NCBI GenBank assembly: GCA_043753995.1
Contig: JAYUVP010000223.1
Coordinates: 1-13,143, forward strand
Length of the DNA stretch: 13,143 nt
Reading direction: 5' to 3'
Source: Fibrobacterota bacterium
GTDB taxonomy: Bacteria; Fibrobacterota; Fibrobacteria; UBA11236
Part shown: in pieces, positions 1 through 6,117 of the stretch
Layout of the letters: each line of letters starts with the position of its first letter
Numbering within the stretch: the first letter of the stretch is position 1
Position numbers and translations under genes: made by a program
The notes under the pieces: generated by a model
Database searches by the model: none
Seen by the model: only the letters and a program-made list of their open reading frames with translations
What the model was told of the DNA's origin: nothing

Positions 1-2511
1 CTTGAGCATTTGACCCAGTAAATTCCGCTCCATGGCGATCTTACCGGAACCATTGGCCGCTTGAATCAAGGCACCATCTGGACGATAGGCGAAGGACTCG
101 GCCTCCTCCTCGCCATGCTCAATCACTTGCACGCGACCAGCGACATCGTAGGTGTATTTCACCTCCATGCCATTGGGACGCTTCAATTGTAAAACGCGCC
201 CGGCCGCATCGCGGTGATAGCTTCGGCGTAGACCGTCGAAACCACTTTCGCGAATGACCTCGCCCGTCGCGTCCAATTCGAAGCGATAGGCCAAGCCATG
301 TTCATTCAGAATGCCAATCAGGCGCTCTTCGGTATCATATTCGAATTTCACCGAGGTCCCGGCTTGGTGGCGGGCTTTCAAACGGCTCATGCCTTGATAT
401 TCAAGACGCACTTCATAATGCATGTCCTTGGCATGCACGACATTGCCTTCGGCATCGTAGGCGAGATGCCTCAAATTGCCGTCGGGTTCTTGCACTTGAA
501 TGACATTGCCTACGGGGTCAAAGGATCTCGCCTGACGATTGCCCAAAGGATCGATGGCGGCAAGGCATCGGCCCAGGGAATCGTATTCCCACCGCCTTGT
601 CGCTTGATTGGGCAAAAGCAAGCCCACTAGATTTTCATGGGTGTCAAAGGCGAAGCGAGTCACTCCGCCCAGGGCATCTTGAATCGCCGTCAAACGGCCT
701 TGAGCATATTGGAATTGGGTTTCTCCACCTTGCGGATTGATTCGCTTGGCGAGTCGGCCATTCTCGTCATATTGCCATTTCCATTGGCCACCCATGGCAT
801 CGGTAGCCAGGGCTGGCCGGTCTTCGACATAGACCGTATCCACCTTGCTGCCGTCGGCATTTTGAACCAGAATCAAATTGCCGCGATCGTCGTATTGATA
901 GATCGTGGTCAATCCAAGGGCATCGGTTTCCGAAGCTTTTTCGGCGAAGTCGGTAAAGTTCGTGAGTGAAACATGCCCCAAAGCATCCATGGTTTTTTCC
1001 ACGACGCCTTGTTCATTCCAGTGATAAATCGTTTTATGCCCGAGGGAATCAATGACTTCGGTGAATTGATTTTCCAAGTCGTAAAGCAGCTTGTGATCGT
1101 AAATGCCATCGTCGCCATAGGTGCGCAAGCAGCGGGCTTGAGTAGGGTTATTGTCCCATTCGAAATAAAAACTCAAGCCATTGCGATTGGTTTCCTTAAC
1201 CAGCAAATGCCCGAGATATTGATACTGCCAGGCATGCCCCAAGGCGTCGGCTGCTTGCAGCATGTCGCCCCGCTCGCCATAGCGATAACGCGCCAAGGCG
1301 AGCCGCTCGTTTTGCTTTTCGGGATGCTGGGTCAGGATGGCAGTGATGCGTCCCAAATTATCGTTTTGGACAAGCAATTGGCGGCCCGCACTGTCGAGAA
1401 TGCGCACAAGCCGACCGAGATTGTCGCGCTCGAAAGCGATGTGAAATCCGTCGCGGTTTTCAATGCGTGTCAGCGGACGATTCCCATCCAAAACGACTTT
1501 CTCGAAGCGATAGCGCAGCTTTTGCAGGTCTTCGAGCCAATATCCCTTTTCGTCCCGTCCCAAGGTCAGCTTGTCCAGGCGTTGGAAAAAGGTTTCGCCC
1601 ACCCGTAAAGCGGGAAAGCCGACGGGACGACCATCACTCATGCGCACGGCCACATTGCGGCCTTCTTCGCGCATAGCCAAATCAAAGGCATGATGCCAAC
1701 CATGACCTAAAGGCCCTTGATAAACGGAGCAGCTATACCAAGTGCGTTCCCAAACCAAAGGTATGGGACCCGGTAGGGAAAAATCGACGGTATCGGTGAA
1801 GACCTTGCCGGTGGCCACATCGACCGGATGGCCGGTCACCGTGCAAATGGCCTTGCTGACTTTGTTCTGGAGGCCGTCGGGCACACCCAACTTGTCCATG
1901 AGCTTTTTGGCTTTGGCCTGAATACGATCGGAAATGGCCTTAGTACGCTTATTGCCTTTGACGATTGCTTTCCACTTTGCAAAGGCCTTGCCCAAGACCG
2001 CCATGCCAAGTTTTTGGGCCATGGCCATCATGTCTATGGTGGGCGGACCGCCAATGAGAACCGGCATGCCCATGGGTATGGCAATGACGAACGAAGTTGG
2101 CAAGGCCATGCTTTTCATGGTTGTCTTTTTCTTCGGGCTGGCCCTGATCGGCGCAATCATGCCGATGTCATGGCAAGACAAGGCCGGTAAGCCCATAAAG
2201 GACGCGGGATCGCCTTCCATTAAAACGGTGGCACTACCCATGAACATTTCGCATTCATTGGAAGGCGGCTTGACGAACATGCCTCCCATGGGAATATGCG
2301 GTGGTATGCCTTTTCCAGATGAGCCGGCGACGGCGCGCGGCATCATATTGACCTTGACCGACGCTCCCACAATCGGCGCCAAATCCATCGGATCGAAAAG
2401 CATGCCGATAAATGGATGCGGTATGGGAACAGGAGGAACCGGCCCCGGAGGCTGAAGGATATGGATGTCGATTCCCATGACAGGATCGAGCATTTTGGCT
2501 GCGGGCATCAT
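1..2511 (-). CDS. rhs: PAAR-like / DUF6531 / YD-repeat Rhs polymorphic toxin (5' 837 codons; runs off the left edge of the window)
   Basis: Manual translation is open from ATG 2511 (or 2508) to position 1. It begins MMPAAKMLDPVMGIDIHILQPPGPVPPVPIPHPF (PAAR-like). GHPVDVATGKVFTDTVDFSLPGPIPLVWERTWYS...GPLGHGW (DUF6531-type) starts near 1833. Many YD repeats follow (YQYDDRGNL, WQYDENGRL, WEYDSLGRC, LAYDAEGNV, YTYDVAGRV). The start overlaps the upstream stop codon (ATGA). Confidence 0.95.
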   Translation of the reverse strand, partial: MMPAAKMLDPVMGIDIHILQPPGPVPPVPIPHPFIGMLFDPMDLAPIVGASVKVNMMPRAVAGSSGKGIPPHIPMGGMFVKPPSNECEMFMGSATVLMEGDPASFMGLPALSCHDIGMIAPIRASPKKKTTMKSMALPTSFVIAIPMGMPVLIGGPPTIDMMAMAQKLGMAVLGKAFAKWKAIVKGNKRTKAISDRIQAKAKKLMDKLGVPDGLQNKVSKAICTVTGHPVDVATGKVFTDTVDFSLPGPIPLVWERTWYSCSVYQGPLGHGWHHAFDLAMREEGRNVAVRMSDGRPVGFPALRVGETFFQRLDKLTLGRDEKGYWLEDLQKLRYRFEKVVLDGNRPLTRIENRDGFHIAFERDNLGRLVRILDSAGRQLLVQNDNLGRITAILTQHPEKQNERLALARYRYGERGDMLQAADALGHAWQYQYLGHLLVKETNRNGLSFYFEWDNNPTQARCLRTYGDDGIYDHKLLYDLENQFTEVIDSLGHKTIYHWNEQGVVEKTMDALGHVSLTNFTDFAEKASETDALGLTTIYQYDDRGNLILVQNADGSKVDTVYVEDRPALATDAMGGQWKWQYDENGRLAKRINPQGGETQFQYAQGRLTAIQDALGGVTRFAFDTHENLVGLLLPNQATRRWEYDSLGRCLAAIDPLGNRQARSFDPVGNVIQVQEPDGNLRHLAYDAEGNVVHAKDMHYEVRLEYQGMSRLKARHQAGTSVKFEYDTEERLIGILNEHGLAYRFELDATGEVIRESGFDGLRRSYHRDAAGRVLQLKRPNGMEVKYTYDVAGRVQVIEHGEEEAESFAYRPDGALIQAANGSGKIAMERNLLGQMLK

Positions 2512-3785
2512 GCGTTATTGGCTCGCCTTTGAATTTTTTCTTCCCAGCCCGGCAAAAGCTTATCGAAATATTCGCGAATGGGCTTCGCTTGTTCCTTGCG
2601 GGTTTTTTGCGTGATGCGCGTAAAGGCCTGGCCGACATAGGGCAAGGTGCTCGCTTCGCGTTCCTCCGGCTTCATGCGTTCGGCTGCTTTCACGGCTTTG
2701 GAATTACGCTCGAAAGAACCGTCCCAATCGTGACGAGCTTCACGGCAGTAAGCGGCCATACGCCAGCCTTCGAGGGCCATGCGCTCGTCGCCTTGGCCTT
2801 CGGCTTTTTGCGCCATGGATTCATAATCCAGGCAGGCGCGGTCAAAATCGCCCATGGCTACCAGAGTGGAGGCTTTTCCGGCCCAGGCCTGCAATTCCAT
2901 CTTGGGCCCGGAAGGGTCGCTTTGCGCGGTAGCGGCTTCGGCCGCTTCGCGGCCTTTGTCATAACCTGCATAGGCTTGCTTAAAGTCTTTTGCTCCCAAC
3001 CGTCCAGCAGCTAGGGCCATGTAAACCGCCACTTGCAACGAATTCCACCCTTGGGTTTGGGCAAGGCCCAAAGCTTTTTGTCCATGGCCTTCTGCGACGG
3101 CCATTTTGCCTTGGCCTGCGGAAGTGGCGAGAGCCGTGAAGTGCCGCCGGAAGACGGCTCCGTCGCTACCGTCATCGCTGTCAGCGGCGATTTCATTCAT
3201 GGCCCCATAGAGGTCGAGATCGACGCGCTCGGTGGCGATGCGCACACGATCGGCATTGCATAAGGGCTCGAGTTGAGGCGCTTCCAGAGGATCCCAAACC
3301 AAATGCCTCACCTTTTCGGGATGGCGCTGATGTTTGGCTACGGCGAATAGAAATCGCATCCAATCATGCGCCTGACCCATTTCCGAGGGTTCGAGATAAA
3401 TACCGATGGCCTCGAATGGTGCACCCGTCTTTAATGAGAAATCTTCGACAACCCGTATCCAAGCTTCGACGGGATCCATGCCTGCCGTGGGCTGTGGGGC
3501 GCGATAAGGAGGGATGGAGTCATCGCCTGGAGCCGACGATTCCAATTTTTCGATGAGTGCGAGGACATAGAGTTCGGGCTTGGTGAATGGCGAATCGAAG
3601 CGCAAAAACAAATCGGGCAATTGACCTTCAGGTTCGCCCTCGATCATTAAAAAGGTTTCGAAAAGTTGTCGGTCGTCGACTGTACCCAGCAAACGGCCTA
3701 AGCGTACCTCGTCTTGGGCCAAGAGATTTTCCCAGGCTTGCGCGGCTTTTTTTAGGCGTTTTTCGACAGGATTTAATACAGGCAT
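2508..3785 (-). CDS. Uncharacterised 425-aa protein with an N-terminal alpha/beta domain and C-terminal TPR-like helical repeats; putative VgrG-Rhs adaptor/chaperone
   Basis: Long ORF between vgrG and PAAR-Rhs whose stop overlaps the Rhs start. The C-terminal half has ~40-aa Ala-rich helical repeats (GKMAVAEGHGQKALGLA; KDFKQAYAGYDKGREAA; GDFDRACLDYESMAQKA; HDWDGSFERNSKAVKAA). The CDS is well supported; the function is inferred from gene position only. Confidence 0.85.
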   Translation of the reverse strand: MPVLNPVEKRLKKAAQAWENLLAQDEVRLGRLLGTVDDRQLFETFLMIEGEPEGQLPDLFLRFDSPFTKPELYVLALIEKLESSAPGDDSIPPYRAPQPTAGMDPVEAWIRVVEDFSLKTGAPFEAIGIYLEPSEMGQAHDWMRFLFAVAKHQRHPEKVRHLVWDPLEAPQLEPLCNADRVRIATERVDLDLYGAMNEIAADSDDGSDGAVFRRHFTALATSAGQGKMAVAEGHGQKALGLAQTQGWNSLQVAVYMALAAGRLGAKDFKQAYAGYDKGREAAEAATAQSDPSGPKMELQAWAGKASTLVAMGDFDRACLDYESMAQKAEGQGDERMALEGWRMAAYCREARHDWDGSFERNSKAVKAAERMKPEEREASTLPYVGQAFTRITQKTRKEQAKPIREYFDKLLPGWEEKIQRRANNA

Positions 3786-3806
3786 ATCAGGGCAGGGTAG
3801 GGGGCA

Positions 3807-5894
3807 TCAGTTAAGCTTGACGGTTGCGCCTGTAATATTGGTCAGGATTTGGCCGGCCACTTCGACATTGGCCGCGGAGACTTTATTTGAAGCCTTACCC
3901 GTGGATTCGACCGTGAGGCCTTGCATGACCAAATCCATGTCCGCGGCAATGCCAATGGATTTGGCTGAGGCCTTGATTTCCGTGGTCCCGTTGAGGGTCA
4001 TTCCCGTAGTCGCCTTGGCGGAAAATTTTTGATTGGCCGATTCGGTGATATTCTTGGCATCCAAGGTAAAATCGCCAACGGCTTCAATATGAAAGTTCGC
4101 TCCCGCATGTAAGGTGATATCATTGGTGGCGCTCATTTTGATATTACCGCCCCCGCCGTCCATGTCTATGGAAGTATTGCCTCCGCCATCGGCGATATGG
4201 ATTTTATTGCCGGCATCGTCGAGTAAAATGGTATGACCACTGGTGGTGGTAACTGAAACTTTTTGACCTTGATCGTCGAGTACCAGGACATGGCCGCCGC
4301 TGGTTTTAATGGTGACATTTTTTTTGGTGTCGTCCAGGTTAATGCTATAGCCGCCTGAAGTCGTACCGGATATGCCCTTGCTTCCGCCGCTGTCGTCGAG
4401 CCCGAGTTTGTGGCCTCCCGAAGAGGAGATATGCACACCGGTCGCTCCGTTTTGATCTTCCAGGCAAACCTGATTGCCGCTATGGCTTTTCATCACATTC
4501 TGGGATTTGTTCTTGGAAGAAACCGGTGAACCCTTGCCAGGATTGGGCACACTTCCCAGGCCCATGGGCCTATCCGGATCACCATCGGCAAAGCCCACCG
4601 CGATTTCGGTGCCCGTATGCAGGGGAAAATGCATGCCGTAATTGGCTCCGGCATAGGGTTGGGCCATGCGAATAGCCTTGGTCGCGCCGCCGTCTTTTTT
4701 GTCGCTGCGATCGAAAAACAATTTGGCGCGATAACGGCCATCTTCGTCAATCGAAGCGTATTGGCCTTTTTGCCCATCGACGGTAGCGGGTAAAATACCT
4801 TGAATCTTGGGCTTAGGCGTGCTGAGCGGAGGCCGGTATGGGGTTGTGGCGAGAATCAATTCGAAATTGTTTTGGTAGACGGCCGTCGCTTCGTTTTCAG
4901 CCGATTCGCCCAAATGCGCCTGATGGGTGATGCGCAAAACCGCGTATTGTCCATCCATTCCCTGATGAGTAGAATCCTCCAAGTCGAAACGAAAGCCTGG
5001 CATAAGTTCGCGAGCATTGGACGCACCGACAAAAAGAGTTTTTTCGCAGGCCAGCATTTGATTGCGAATTTTGGCGAGACGCATGGCATCGTCTACGTAT
5101 TTCGAATGGGTGCCATAGAGATAAAGTTCGCCGGGACCTGGCACGGAATCGACACCAGTAACCGCCGAATCGGGAGTGCGATAGTTATAGTCCTTAACCG
5201 TCACCTTGCTGGTGACAAGCTTGTCCTTGCGGCGAAAGGTGGTCACATGATCTTTTTCTTGTCGGCCTAATCCCGAATCAGGGCGATAGATAAGCTTGGG
5301 CGTTTCTGGGACGGTTTTGACGGCATTGGGATTATCGGCAATAACCAAAACTTCAGTTTTGCCGCTGTGGTCGAAGAAATAAAAGAGGCCTTCATCCTCA
5401 AGCAATCGGGAAAGGAAGTCGAAATCACTTTCATTGTATTGCACCGTGTATTCGCGCTTCACCACCGGATCTTGCAAAACCTTTTTCCAGTCCGAGGCCA
5501 GAATGCCATGGCCCTTCAGAACTTCCTCGGCTATTTCCATGACGGTCAAGTCCTGAAAAATGCGGCTTTGGACGGAATACCGGCATAAAGCCCATTTGGG
5601 TTCCATGACCAAATTGCAGAAGCACATATCCAGATTTCCGCCATCGGGAGTTTGATCCATGGCGGTCACGATGCCATGCCTTATCACCTGAAAGCCGTCG
5701 CCCTTCACCGTCAGGTGAATGGGCTTGCCTAAAATCTTGTCCCGATCAATGGGCTCATCTACTACCACAGTACTGATTTCAAAGCGAAAGGCCTGGGAAA
5801 GAGATTCAAAGCCATCGAATGAGCGGACCAGGAAGGTTTCCTTGGAAAGCGGCGGGATTTCGCATGTGATGACGGATGTAGAAGCGACTGGCAT
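3807..5894 (-). CDS. vgrG: Type VI secretion spike protein VgrG/TssI (695 aa from the preferred start)
   Basis: VgrG motifs: FDGFESLSQAFRFEI, QSRIFQD, REYTVQYNESDFDFLSRLLEDEGLFYFF, KDYNYRTP, DEDGRYR, IRMAQPYAGANYGMHFPLHTGTEIAVGFADGDPDRP, then a gp5-like beta-repeat needle ending ITGATVKLN with no effector extension. ATG 5894 is preferred over GTG 5963 because AGGAG (5903-5907) lies 8 nt upstream. Confidence 0.96.
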   Translation of the reverse strand: MPVASTSVITCEIPPLSKETFLVRSFDGFESLSQAFRFEISTVVVDEPIDRDKILGKPIHLTVKGDGFQVIRHGIVTAMDQTPDGGNLDMCFCNLVMEPKWALCRYSVQSRIFQDLTVMEIAEEVLKGHGILASDWKKVLQDPVVKREYTVQYNESDFDFLSRLLEDEGLFYFFDHSGKTEVLVIADNPNAVKTVPETPKLIYRPDSGLGRQEKDHVTTFRRKDKLVTSKVTVKDYNYRTPDSAVTGVDSVPGPGELYLYGTHSKYVDDAMRLAKIRNQMLACEKTLFVGASNARELMPGFRFDLEDSTHQGMDGQYAVLRITHQAHLGESAENEATAVYQNNFELILATTPYRPPLSTPKPKIQGILPATVDGQKGQYASIDEDGRYRAKLFFDRSDKKDGGATKAIRMAQPYAGANYGMHFPLHTGTEIAVGFADGDPDRPMGLGSVPNPGKGSPVSSKNKSQNVMKSHSGNQVCLEDQNGATGVHISSSGGHKLGLDDSGGSKGISGTTSGGYSINLDDTKKNVTIKTSGGHVLVLDDQGQKVSVTTTSGHTILLDDAGNKIHIADGGGNTSIDMDGGGGNIKMSATNDITLHAGANFHIEAVGDFTLDAKNITESANQKFSAKATTGMTLNGTTEIKASAKSIGIAADMDLVMQGLTVESTGKASNKVSAANVEVAGQILTNITGATVKLN

Positions 5895-5921
5895 CGACGA
5901 AACTCCTAGCGTTGAAAGGCA

Positions 5922-5967
5922 AAAGTAGTCGCTTGGAGTGTTCGAATAAGTGATCGCGATCACATCG
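5922..5967 (-). promoter_or_regulatory. CRP/FNR-family box (5946-5967) plus -10-like TACTTT (5922-5927): candidate class II promoter of the vgrG operon
   Basis: ATAAGTGATCGCGATCACATCG contains the perfect 14-bp palindrome GTGATCGCGATCAC (5950-5963). It matches 16/22 positions of the CRP consensus AAATGTGATCTAGATCACATTT and 9/10 of TGTGA-N6-TCACA. Its centre (5956.5) is at -41.5 if the minus-strand TACTTT is the -10 element. Confidence 0.6.
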
Positions 5968-6117
5968 GTCGAGGCCGGGGCATGGCAGTTTTCAATTCTT
6001 AAAATGAATACTGCAGAGAGGATTGCCTGGCCAAAAGACCGATTTCCAAGCCGCGAAATCGAAACCTGGTAAAATTTTCGGAACTCCAGCGTCTCAAATG
6101 GCGACTAATGGGGCCAA

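Noticed and set aside
298..2455. Several long plus-strand ORFs (298-630, 637-969, 973-1608, 1467-1676, 1828-2190, 1934-2455)
   Set aside because: Antisense shadows of the Rhs gene; they show no recognisable motifs, while the minus frame has clear Rhs motifs.
2529..5928. Short ORFs overlapping the TPR-like gene and vgrG on either strand
   Set aside because: Alternative-frame or antisense ORFs inside well-supported genes, with no independent evidence.
5895..5963. GTG 5963 as the vgrG start (718 aa)
   Set aside because: ATG 5894 has a properly spaced AGGAG, and the extension overlaps the palindromic site and candidate -10 element.
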